A program made the translations under genes and the position numbers. The notes below the pieces were generated by a model, which saw nothing but the letters and a program-made list of their open reading frames with translations, searched no databases and was not told where the DNA came from. Below are positions 52,060-64,000 of a stretch of DNA of 64,000 nucleotides, piece by piece. The first letter of the stretch is position 1, and each line of letters begins with the position of its first letter. The DNA is from Vermamoeba vermiformis (taxonomy: Eukaryota), in the NCBI GenBank assembly GCA_045837725.1, contig JBEWZL010000030.1, positions 434,001 to 498,000 on the forward strand, written 5' to 3'.

Positions 52060-52317
52060 GCTCGAACTTTTGGTTTGGAGCCACCGGCGGTCCATCGCTT
52101 CCTCAAAGCAATATTGGCATGAATGCAACGCAAATCCGTTCAATGGCCCGCAAGCCCCTCAGCCGCAACAAGCGCAACTTAAGCCTCAAATGCCACCGGG
52201 CATACCACCCAAGCCACCTTCATTCTCATTTGGCATTACAACTCCACCGACTACTGCGCCCACTCCCGCTTAACTAGCAGTAGCTCTACTGCTGGCTTTG
52301 GATTTGGTACTTCAACA
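52060..52317 (+). pseudogene. Possible degenerate FG-nucleoporin-like fragment
   Basis: Frame-broken peptides NPFNG, PSFSFGITTPPTTAP and SSSSTAGFGFGTST. Confidence 0.3.
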
Positions 52318-52351
52318 TGTATTTTATACTTTATTCGTTAACAATTCTCTC

Positions 52352-53901
52352 CTACAATGCAGTCGCAATAAGAGCAGTAAAAATAGCTGTCAATGAACGG
52401 ATTGTGCGTGACGATCCAGAGACATTGTTGCCAGACTTTGCGACAGGCACAGCAACTGATTTTGGAACGCTAGTTGGCTCTGTGATTGACCCCTGTGGTG
52501 CATCAGAAGGTGTGTTCGTTAATGGACAAGTGACCGTGGCATTGCAAGAGGCCAGCTTTACGCCAAATCTGGAAAAGTCGAATGAAACCTCCAAGCCTTG
52601 TCTGCTGAATGACGCTTGAGAGACGACCGGTTGAATTCCGCAGCCAGGGTTGTGGATCGTGTAGAGCTCTTCCATTACAAAACTTCGCAAATCAGCGCAC
52701 GACGTGAGTTGTTGATTGACGCACGTGACGTCAATGGGATCGCCGTAGCAGAAAGGCACTGGAGTAAAGCCGCACATGGCCTCAGATGTGCCAGGACCGG
52801 AAAAAATGCAATTCCAAACGAGAATCTCTTGATCGGTTTTGACCAAGTCAGCACCCCATATTCGGTCTCTGACTTCTTGTTGAATTAGCGCTGCAATTTT
52901 CCATTGTTTATCAGCACCTCGTTCAAGTGAAACAACACTTCCAACTCCGCGCAAGTCTGGGGCATTAGCGGAGTTGTCGAAGATAGCGGCCAGCAACACT
53001 TTTGTCTCGGAGACCATCACCATATTAATGCCGAGTGCTCCACTAGGTTGGATAAAACCTTTGCCGGAAGTCTCTAGTGTAACGTTCCAAGTGTTCTCGT
53101 TCTTGACGTAGACTCGGATCATGGTGTCATAACCTTCGACTTGCGCGTAAAACGAATAGCCCATAACAATTGAATCGTTGATCCATAAAAGTCTGATTGG
53201 TTGTAACAGATCGCCATCGTTCAGTATTTGAACTCTTTCACGCTCCGTCCAAGTGTAGTTATCGTTGCGCTGCATCAATACGATGACGTTGACGCTAAGA
53301 TAAGCCAAATAAGGGCCCGTTACGTGCATTGGAATGCCAAGGGGAATAACATTTGTAGCGGTAATTGTTGTCTCGTCAACAACGTCCCAGGTGTCACCGT
53401 TGTTGACACGTGTCACAAGGGAAGTGGTGTTCATGGCAACAAAAGTGTTGTCGGGTAAGAATTGAATCCTATAATAGACTTCAGGATACTTTATCATTGT
53501 TCCAATGCCGGATGTAGCCTCGTTGAACGTGAAGAGTTGAAGTTCGGAATTTGTGGCACACGCAAACCAAACTCCATTAGTAGCGACAATGGCACAAGCT
53601 TGTGAAGTGAACCAACGAGTGTAGAATAGTCCAGAAGATTCGCTTCGTTTCAAGATCCGGAGTTGAACTGAAGTCGACAAGATCGTGTAATTGCCAGCCG
53701 AAGAGGCTGGTAGATAACCAGCTTGGGGAAAATTTATGGCTTGAGTTGGACCTCCAGGAATTTTAAATATCTTAAATCAAATATTTGATTAATTTTGAAT
53801 TCGCAACGACGAGCATTTCTTACCGGCAGATCTGCTGCACAGGCACTAAGAAGGCAACCCAATAACAAGAAAAGAATTGGCTTCGCAATACATCTGTTCA
53901 T
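52352..53901 (-). CDS. Secreted/surface protein, probable beta-propeller-like repeats, Cys-rich domain and GPI-type C-terminus
   Basis: Exon 1 (53824-53901) encodes a signal peptide MNRCIAKPILFLLLGCLLSACA. Repeated ...W strands, an S/T/P stalk and a hydrophobic end LTAIFTALIATAL. Confidence 0.75.
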
Positions 53902-54193
53902 CTCTGCTGCTGTTGTGGTCTTCGTATAACTTCTGATATAAATAATTCTTTAAATAGTCATAAAGTTGTAAAGTGAAAGATATCGTTGACTTTGCGGCAC
54001 TTATTCTCGTTTTGAATATATTTTTAGATGGCCTAGGCATCGTTAGTGATATCCACTGTCTGTCGGTTTACTGATCCGACCTTGCGAAGTATTCAAAACA
54101 TCAATGGTGTAGACTTTGACTGTGCCTTGTCGGCGATCTGAAATAGTAAATGTGTTAATCAAAATTACTTGTTAGAGAGGCAATCCTAACGTA

Positions 54194-56078
54194 CTAAGTC
54201 GATTCTTGCTCCGATCCGTTCGACGACCACTAGAGTAAATGTAAGGCGTTTTTTGCCGTTTTTTTGCTCAAACGTTTTTCAAATAGCTGGCGACGAAAAC
54301 GGCAAAAACGGGAACAGGCGATTTTGGCGACTTGCAACGGATGTGGTGACACATCACGAGAGAAGATAGAGATGGCGCTTCAAAGGTAAGATGGACTATT
54401 ATAGTACTATTCGTTTTAATATTAAACTCAAAAGTTTTAAAAAAAGTCGGATTTTCAATCCTGACACGGGATCGAGATCTGGGCTTGATGAATTTTTTTA
54501 ATTATTTTAGTAATAAATATCGAAATCGCTATCATAGATTGTATTAAATTTATTAACGAAATGTTAAAAATCGATAAAAATTTTGAATGCTTGTACATCC
54601 GCGATCTTACTTAGACACTTCATTTTGATTATTAAATTGCTTTGGAACGAAGATTCGTTAATATTTAACACAAAATTAATTACTGTGGACAGAATCTTTT
54701 GGCTTGGATTCGTTGCCCGATCTGAACAACTTGCGATCTCGCTTCGGTAAGTAACTATAGAAATGAATTTGATTTTCAACGTCACAAATAATAAGATTAT
54801 ATAAAATTCCCGTACTATAGTAGTAGTTTTTTACCCTGCTACGCAGCGTAAGCTGAGATCCCGTTTTAAAAAAAGTTTGCCGGCAATCTTTAGCTTAGAT
54901 TTACAAATTGAAACGTTCCATTTAGAAATAACAGATATTATCGAAGTTTATTAATGATTACAGCAAAAGCAAGCAAAGTTAATGAATTCAATCCGGGATC
55001 ATTAGCACTTTGGCTACTCAGTAAAACTCTCGTACTAAAACAGCCTTATCATACAGATGAATATTAGATGCAGTGGTGTTTGTTCATACCTTCGTTTGAG
55101 ACGAGTCGGTCGACTGTTCAAGCATAAATTTTGTGCGGGCTCAATTCTCAATGTGCAGCAAAATGAGTACAACGAACAACAACATGTAAGTAACTCTGCA
55201 TTACATTGGATATTTATACGTGTATAATATTATTAACCAGGCTTACCAGGTCAAGAACTGCTAATTTCAAGCTTCAATCTCGATGGGACGACGTCGGTCA
55301 GTTGAAACGCAGCTGGATTGCACTTAACACGCCAATGGTATGATATTTACTATGTATGCATTAAATTATAAGCAATGAGTCAAATTCATTCATTCGAATT
55401 ACTTTTTGGTCGTTTGATCTTGCGATCGAGAAATTAAAATTTCAGTTAGTTAATTTTTACTAATTTTGCCAATAGTGCCAATAATATACTCAATGTAAAC
55501 ATCGGTTAGGATAATTTCCTCTAGCACAATGGTAAAGTTTTTTATTTGCAAATCTGCCGTTACTAATCCGTTGTTTTCAGTCCGTCCGAGTTAGCTAGCT
55601 AATGCCTTCGCTGACCCATTCCCTTGCTAGAGCAGAGTCCAACAACACATCCGACCTTAAGGCCCTTCGCTCGATCCGCTTTTGGCGTTGAAGCATCGCG
55701 TAAGTGTCTGTTTTGTATTTACCCTATAACAACCACTTTATTAATAATTCCTTTTAGATCATCAAGTCACAGCGACATCCAGCCAAGATCGGCGAAGTAG
55801 TGGATCTTCGGGTTAGGACTTTGTGCGTGCAGTTACACCTTCAACTTAGCCGCACACAAAGTCCTAACCCGAAGGTCCACTACTTTGCCGAAGTCATTTT
55901 GTAAAACGAATAAAACTGTACTTACCGAAAACGGCGTTTTTTCTCTTTCGCGTTTTCTCCTGTTCAAAAATCGCTGCTGAGTGAAACTGTTTGTGGTCAA
56001 AAACGGTGTTTTTACCCCCTTTTACCTTTCCTCTAGTGGTACAGCGGAGTAGATCTCGTGACAATACGACCGACTTAG
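54194..56078. repeat. ~1.9-kb non-coding segment bounded by diverged inverted repeats
   Basis: ACCACTAGAGTAAATGTAA (54226-54244) matches the reverse complement of 56022-56040 at 17/19. CTAAGTCG (54194-54201) matches 56071-56078. Patchy similarity continues inward. Confidence 0.6.
55789..55891 (+). ncRNA. Long hairpin, pre-miRNA/hpRNA candidate
   Basis: 37-bp stem 55789-55825 / 55855-55891 with 35 Watson-Crick pairs and 2 G-U pairs on the plus strand. Confidence 0.55.
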
Positions 56079-56199
56079 GAGAAAACTACTCTACAAATTA
56101 TGCAAGACTACTTCTACTCCATTAATTTACTTAGCCCTGAAATCCATAAATGTTGATTAACTAAACACTGGTATATTATTTTTTGCTGTTTTACATCCG

Positions 56200-56405
56200 A
56201 ACCGAAGAAATAGTGCAAAATTATCTGTTTTGCAAGTCACCGTCGCATTACACGCTGCCATCTGCACGCCAAATCTGCTGAATTCCTGCGACACTTGCAG
56301 TCCCGAGAAGTCTGCAGTCGTTTTTAACAGTAAAGAGCTCTTCATCAATCTTAAAGCTACTAACGCTCGTGCACGAAGCAAGCTGCTGATCGAGGAACGT
56401 GACGC
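56200..56405 (-). pseudogene. Truncated, degraded paralogue of the C-terminal part of the 52352-53901 gene
   Basis: GLQVSQEFSRFGVQMAACNATVTC versus GLEVSFDFSRFGVKLASCNATVTC. Upstream DNA similarity has a frame break, and no 5' part fits before the MED12 stop. Confidence 0.75.
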
Positions 56406-56520
56406 TAGTAACCTAACGTGCCTGGAGAACGTGGACTGCCCTCAAGAGAGGCAGAGTTAACCCTCAATCCATTGCATTAACGAGCTAATGAGAGTATTTA
56501 TAATTATTTACAATGATGTA

Positions 56521-59500
56521 TTATTTCGCTACTCGGAGACCAAAATTTTGTTTCTTTGCGGGTGGTTTGTGGATCTCGATATTTGCACTCGGATCCATTT
56601 GATCTAACGACCGTTTTCGAGAATTAACAGCCAAGTTCTGTGGCGGGACGGCTTGGGGCTGTGGCACGGGTACTGCTATTGGCGTGGCTTGAACACCCAA
56701 TGACGTTCTCAATGGGATGTTTTGTTGCGGCACGTTGATTGGTGCTTGTGTGGGCACTTGAATGGCAGGCTGCACGGCCATGTAACTGCGCGAGGCATTC
56801 GTGACATTAGCTGGGACACCTGTCACTGGCTGCACGACGCGTGTCGTTTGATTGGGAACTGATGGCGCGTACGCAACTGTCGGCATGTGTGGCTTGGCAA
56901 CGGCAACAGGGACAGGTTGTTGCTGGTGCATTTGATTGATGACAGGTCTGCTGTTGTTATTGATTTGTTGTTGGGGCTGAGCTTGGACTTGTTGTTGTTG
57001 CTGCGGCTGAGACTGCTGTTGCACGTGTTGTGCTTGATTTGATTGGCTTTGAGGTGGTTGTTTTTGTGGCGTGGCTGTAGCCTCAGTCGTAGGTCTGAAC
57101 AAAGACTCGGCGTAAGTCAACGCACGTTTCTCGATTCGTTTGCAATTGAACTGTTTGAGTATATGATTCTCTTCGTAGTCTTCAAGAATCGTCCATGCAT
57201 CAACATTGTTCGGTAGTGTCGAAGAGGTGCTTGTTGGCTTCGCAACCACAGCTCCGGTGCTCGGAGCAGCCGTAGTGCCAGGGGCTGAAGTTGGCACTGT
57301 GGTCGGGGCAGCAGTGGACGCTGCCTCTGTTTGTCCTGTCAACAAGAACGGCATGATCTGTTCCATTCGTTGTTGCAAGGTCGGTGGCAACTTGGCCGTC
57401 CTCAACAACTCTTGCAGTTTCTTCTTCAAAGGCGAGTTCAAGTTGTCCATTCTCAAGCCTCTCAAAGCTCTTCGGTTCGATGAGGCCATGTTCGCTGCAG
57501 ATCCGCTGTCTTTCTCGCCCAAGAGACAGAAGAGCGTGAACAAGATCAAGTACCACAATTCAATGCCGTCAACTGCATTGACCTGGAGTGCCGGCACGAG
57601 CAGTAGGTTCGTTAATGTCGTAGCCAGCTCTTCTTGGTAGTTGTATGGGATCTGAACACCCTTCACGATCATCGCACCAACAAATCTCAATCGTAACACA
57701 ATCTGTAGCCGCTGTCGCTTCAGTTTGATCGTGTCTTCTTCAGGCGACTACAAGACATTGTTATTAAGAGCCATATATAAACATCAAACAATGAGACTTA
57801 CGCTTAATCTCTCGCCAATCTGCTTCAATTGGACTTGCACAGATTTGATGAATGACACGCGAAGTTCATTAGGCACTTCAGTCAAGGACGACAACACAAC
57901 TTGCAAGATCTCCGTGAATAAGTTATAGCTGTCCGTGGCTTGTGAGTACTGCGGGTCAATGGACTTGTCAACCTCGTACCTAAAATGAAATCACGAGTTA
58001 ATAGGAGTATCGCTATAGGGCGCAAAAGTAACGCAAACTTACGAGAACAGACGGATCGTTTCGGTCAAAGTACTTGTGCCGTTCAACAGGTCCGTGCTTT
58101 CAAACAACTTTTGCGTGTAGTTGACAATCTCTTTGTGCACTTCAATGCCTAGTATAGCGACAAGACGTTGCAGGATACTTCCGAAGCTGACATCGTAAGC
58201 GAGCCCGTTGGTCAGTTGATTAAAGATGAGCTTCACGAGCACGGGCTCAGAGTTGAAAGTGTCGCCGTCCCAATTGATCACTTGTCGCTTATTTGATTTC
58301 AAGAGCCACCATAACTCGTCCATGAGCAATCTAATCTCGAGCCAAGCGCGGTTAAGTGACCACGTGTTCGTGTTGCTGAGAACTCTTTGCATCATTTTGA
58401 CGACCTCCGACAAGTCAATCTTTTCCATCACGTGCAGCTTCAAGAACGAAGTCTCGTTTGGTGATAAGATGTGGAAAACAATGCGACAGCCAGTGGGATC
58501 ACGAAGGGTCTTCAACTTCTCGTATAAGTTCGTTGTGTCTTCCAAGCAGATCTGCGCAACGAAGGTGTTGTCCAAGGCAAAATTTTCCATTTCTTTCTTG
58601 ACAGCATCAATCACGGTCTCTTTTTCAGCTGAGGTAAGCACGCTCAATGCAGTGTTGTGCACGGGGTGAGTGCTCGAGTACTCCTCGTTGAAGATCACTT
58701 CGCTCTTGTACACGTACAACAACAATCCAAAGGCCAGTTCTAACGATAAGGACGACGCGGACAGTCTCAAAGAACTCAATTCCTAGACGAAGGAGTCATT
58801 AAATATACTACAATATAACGGGCAAAAGTGACTTACGTGTGCCGAAAACACGCCCAACTGTGCAAAGGCAGGTTCGTCTAACAGCAACAGTTTGACAATA
58901 TTGACTTGGACAGGTGTCAATTGTGTCGCCCTGGGTGACTGTTCGATTTCTTGAAGGACTGGCAACGCAATGTTCGTGTAGAATTGTTCGAGACCAACGA
59001 AATTGATGAGCACGAGACCGAACCAAAAGCTGACCATGGCGCGGTAAGTCTCGCTCCATTGCTCAGTTTTCAAGAACGAAATCGATTGGTCCTTCAAGCA
59101 CGTGTAAGCATTGGTGTCACTATCACCGAAGAGTCCTTGTGCTCGTAACTCCAATACCAATCTTTGATAGATTGACAACTGTTTTTGTGCCAGTGATTTG
59201 CTGCAATTAAATTAGTAAGGGTTTTCATATTATAGTAGGACATATATTATAAGTTACCTTGTGAGGGCAGGCCAATCTTTCGTGTACTGAGTAAAAGCTG
59301 CAACGACCACTTTGTAGCTGTTGTCAGATCCAGCCAAAGATGACTTAAATTCGGCTAAGACTTCATCAAAGACCTTATTCATTGTTGCACTATCCTCGTT
59401 GCCTTCAACTAATAGTGACAACTTCGCAACCTGATCCACAACTGAGCTGTCGGGTTGGATCTGGATCTGCGAGTCCGAAGCATTTTGCTTCGATACCTAG

Positions 59501-62500
59501 AGTAACGTTATTCAGTTAATATGGCATCTCTATTATAATGGTAGTGACTGACCTCTGCTAGCTTCCTCTTAAGTTTGTCGTTCAATTTGGCCTTGCTGAT
59601 CCATTGTTTAACGCCCACAAGTGTGCCGTACCGCTTGATAAACGAGCACAAATAATTCGTAACTTTTTCTTCTAAACCAGCACCCAAGTTTTCATCATAC
59701 TGTAACGTACAGTTAGTACTATAGTAATGCATTTATATAGACGTACCTTATTATGCAACTGTTGCAATAGTTCGTTGGTTCCATCGGTCCAAAAGAACAG
59801 AAATTCGTATTTTTGTACAAAATATAATACATTCGCATTTCCGTTGTTGAAGTAGCTCTGCAACAATCGCATAATGATGTGACTTATTGACCCTAAGTCA
59901 TTTGATATCTCCAAAATATAAAACACTTGCAGGATATAATAATCGCTGCCTTTCCAGTACCTCCTGTACAAAAGAAAAAAAAATTAAAAAAAATTGCAAA
60001 AAAATTCAAAAATTATCTTATTACCATTTATGCTTCTCGAATTGCTCCTTAAAGTGCTCTATAATTCTTTCTCCGAAGTAGCATTGATAATAAAACGGTT
60101 GAGTCTTCAAAAAGTCGACTAACGCATCCATGCTCGAACCGTTTGCTTGTAATGGATTATCGCTCGTAAGACTCGTCAAATAGTCTTTGAGCATTTGTTT
60201 TCCGCTATGTACAATTTCTTGGTCATTCTTAATACAAATATTAGCTTGCGATCCGGATGCATCCGCTACACGCCGGAAAAATATCTCTTGAATTCTAAAT
60301 ATTATTACCTTAATACCAAGTGAACTTAATGACGTCCTTCGTTGATTTCTTTCATGCTTGCATTCTCCGAAAATGGGGAATTGCAGTAAAAAGTTTCGGT
60401 GCTAAATGAATCGCGTTAGTTAGCATTCAACTCTTAAATTGAGCTTTAAATAAGGTGTAAAGGATACTTACTAGATGATTATCACTTCTATCAATTAATC
60501 CTCGCGAGATCAGGCTCCGGACGTAGTTATCATGAGAGAAAACGTTGGCGCGAATTAACTCGCCAAACAATAATACAACTTGTGTCTCGGCTGTAAATAA
60601 AATCAATTAGTAGCCAAATTAATAGGACAGTCATGATAATAAAACATACAGTGACCGTTAAAAGTTCCGGCATCCAAGAACGACGAAAGATGATCTTGCA
60701 GCGATACATTTGAGCCCTAAAATATGGTTAATATACTATCGCAGTCCGTATCGTAAAGCATCACAAATCAAATCAAAATAATACTTCGAAATTTCAATAA
60801 TTAAAAAGTGATTTGTAACGACTTGCCTCTTGAGCACACAGATCAGCTTTCAATCGTCGAATCAATGAGACGGTTATATATACACGGTACATCTCATTCT
60901 TCGACTGGCAGGTCGTTCCCCACTCGCACAACAAATGCACGTTTTCCTCGCGCTTCTCCTGCGATCCAGATGTGAGTTCCTCATACAATATCAACCCAGA
61001 TGGTACTTACTGGTAATGGTAGCTCGGAGAATAGGTGTTTATAAATATACTCGATGTCTTTTGTCCTTGACAAATTCTCCAAAGTCTGTGCAACGATTCG
61101 TAAATACGGATCCGTTTCAAAAATTCTTAGAGAACAAAACTTACCTCTATTAAGTTCGACCTAGATGTCGTCGGTGGGTTGATAAACTGTTCGACAGTAT
61201 TCAATCTTTGACGCAATTGCGCGAGGTTTTGGATGCAGATCTCATCCGTGTCTGATAATTGAAACAACTACAAAAAAATTAGAATTAGTACTACGCGGTA
61301 ATAAAAATTCATTTGTACTTACCGAAGATCCATTGTTCGATTTTACAATAGCTTTGCTGCTATCACTTTCATTGTTAGAACGTTCCAATGCGCGTTCTAT
61401 AACAGACAAAATGTCGGTGCCAGCAGGAATGAGCAGATCCGGCTCAAAAATCAAAGCTGCTCTGAGGATGGTGACTAGATTGCTATGGAACTTCACTTCG
61501 ATCGCGTAGTTCGTTGGATCCGGAACAAAAGTGCCCGAAACATAGTTGCTCTGGTACAACTGGATCCGACTGTTAGTATTCATACTGCACTATGATAATG
61601 ATATTATACGTACTTGGAATAGTCTAGTGTGACAAAAATCTAATAATCTGCTTGCAACTGCTTGTTTGGGCAAAATGTCGTCGAGGTACTGCAACAGAAC
61701 GGACAAAATTAAGCACTGGTTATCGACCTTATTCGATTTTTGCAGCTCTTCTAATAGCGCATTAAACAGCGCGTCCTTGTCGATTAGTCCTTCTTTGTAA
61801 GTCCAATGCAAAAGTCGGATCACGTAGCTCATTTTTTGCTTTCGCTTCTCGGAAGTTAATGCTGCATTATTTGCACCCATACTGTCTGGACCAGTCTTCT
61901 TGAGTCCTGTTTTGACGTAGAACTCGCGCACTTGCTTGATAATATTATTGACCAAAATTGTCGTCCAGTTAGTGGATGCAGTGTCTTTTTGCGTTGACTT
62001 TGGTGTGCCTTGCGATATTGAATAGTAGTTGTTCAAATATGAGATCTTAATGTACCACGTCGCTCGCACGAGTGGAATTCGTTGTTCCGCCAGCACCATA
62101 ATTAGCGATTCTCCTTTAGGTCTATTAAACAAACAATCAGTACGAGAAAGAATTGCAAAAATAAATATATATAATTATGACGCGTATTAATATTATTATG
62201 TTAACTAATCGATTCACATTTGCTCGTGCGTGTTACGACCACAAGAATTTTTTTTCAATTAAATATGGATAATTCAGCAATAGTGTAATAGGCTATAAAA
62301 GCATTATAATCCTATTATAATCATATTACGCACCCTTGCGGCACTTTGAGAGCCAAAACGCTCAATCGTTCATCAGGCTTGGCTAATTTATCAAAGAAGG
62401 TCTTCTTTGTGCTATCAGTAGACGCAACTTGCTCCGGAAAAAATAATTTTCGTTTCATGAGCGGTGCGCCAGCCGGTTTGGCCGCATCTTTGTTGTTCGC

Positions 62501-63591
62501 GCTTGCATTTCCCTAAAAAGGAAATGAGAAAATTCGAATAATGCCGTGAGTCATTTAGCAGCCGATAAGAATAGGAATTGCCAAATATAATACGATGATC
62601 TGGCGTCATTATTAAAGTAATACTATTATTACATAAATAATTCATGAACGTTAACGGCGTTGCACTTTGCCGAAAATAAAAAAAATAAAATAAACAATGC
62701 AATTTTGAGACTAGAGTAAATACCTTTCTAGTATTCTCCTTCTTCCACGTTAAATTGGTCATAGTGTTCCAGATTTTATCGGCAGCTTTTTTGGCGATCT
62801 CGCAGTATTCAGTGCGAGCAGATCCGTATTCGTCAGCCTTAATAGGTAAAATTAGTGCCCAAAGTAGTTGAAAAAGAATAAATCGCTGTCATATGTGTAT
62901 TTAATCATAATATCGGATTTTCGGAACTGTTTCTTAAAAAGGTATTGTCAGAAGTATGACATTTGTAAGTAAATCCGAGCGAGGATATTAAAATGAAATT
63001 AAAATGACCGGGATCGGTATACGTGCCCGATTCATATTATTTAAGATCGTTTGTAAATTTAAAAATTACCGTGATTTGAAGAAAATGATTTTTCAATTTT
63101 TAGATTTGGTTTAGGGAGTTGAATAGCACTTACATCACTCACATATTTGGCTTCTTTGAACCCATGTTCAATAGTTTGTCCAGTAAGCACTTCTTCGGGT
63201 GCGTACCGCGTGCACGGGAAGAAATCCGGCACACCCAAGGATTGATTCAGTGGATCTTTATCGGGACGCTTGAGCTCGTATTTTTCGTAATTCTGTTGAG
63301 CATATGAATTTGGAGGATAATAAGATGAATGTGAATGCATGTCTTGATTGTAATTATTGCTTTCTTCCCATCCACGACCTGGTGGCCGCGCAGGTGGGCG
63401 CGATTGATTTGGATAATTGCGTGGTGGATATGCTGCTTTCGGTTTAGGTGCTTCCGGTTTTCGGCCTATATAATCATTTTAATTAATCGTGAGTTTGTGA
63501 AAGCGGATTAACCCTTTAAAAATTATTATTGCTATTCAAAATAATAATTATTACCTTTCGGCGGGTCTTTAGGTAGTCTATTCATTGACAT
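56521..63591 (-). CDS. MED12: Mediator kinase-module subunit 12, many exons
   Basis: LGVPDFFP...EEVLT...HGF, FFDKLAKPDERLSVLALKVPQG, LAEQRIPLVRATWYIK, LHWTYKEGLID, LQIVLRLRFV, VDAWTILED and a Q-rich tail. Confidence 0.88.
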
Positions 63592-64000
63592 AATATATTA
63601 CAAATATTGATTCTACAATTAATAATATTGGCTATTGGTGAATAAAAATAATACACAAAGTGAAAAAAAACGATCCGAAAACACTACATCCGTCACATTC
63701 GATAGAAGTGAAACAATCACAATAAATAAATATGATCTCTAATAAGAGAAGTGGTTGATTATCGTTAGCGCTGCTAAAAAGTGCTAAAATGCAAGCGTGC
63801 AACAAAACGGAAACTCCGCCATTTTTGTCAGATCAAAGAACACAAACACAATGTCATATAACACGGACCCCTTTAGATGATACAAGTAAGGTAGGTTGCT
63901 TTCAAAAGATTAAGCTGACGAAAATGGATCCGCGCCAAGATGGCCACTAGCGACCTTTTATTGAATTTTCGAACTAATATTAATTGTGACGTTATTGAGC

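Noticed and set aside
63851-63896. Start of a plus-strand gene at the window end
   Set aside because: The ATG frame stops after 9 codons, and there is too little sequence to interpret.
1-64000. U12-type introns, CRISPR arrays, rRNA, transposase or reverse transcriptase ORFs
   Set aside because: None recognised by eye. The introns I reconstructed are GT-AG, several with AAG acceptors.

Overview
Gene-dense, intron-rich eukaryotic nuclear DNA with short GT-AG introns and CTAAC/CTAAT branch points. It is probably a protist; an amoebozoan is my inference from the gene set, not a demonstrated assignment. Recognisable genes: PRP8, RFT1, eIF5, an ATP9/Neo1 P4-ATPase, EAF, PAK1IP1/MAK11, ecdysoneless, TMEM208, TRM6, a UBE2G/Ubc7 E2 and MED12. 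There are also F-box/TPR, RING, FYVE-hydrolase, secreted and hypothetical genes. The most unusual structures are as follows. (1) Two copies of a ~270-bp cassette, each an identical tRNA-Leu(AAG) enclosed by complementary arms, sit in sense inside introns of the divergent genes TMEM208 and TRM6. (2) A MYRF/MrfA-like autoproteolytic membrane-tethered protein has an N-terminal domain that does not look like Ndt80. (3) A 37-bp G-U-compensated hairpin lies in an apparently spliced non-coding locus bounded by inverted repeats. (4) An intronic box C/D snoRNA candidate is complementary to 18S rRNA. (5) There is a CpG-depleted orphan gene island, an inverted duplication of the ecdysoneless 5' end, and two single-base frameshifts at CCCG. 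All exon structures were read by eye and no database searches were run.
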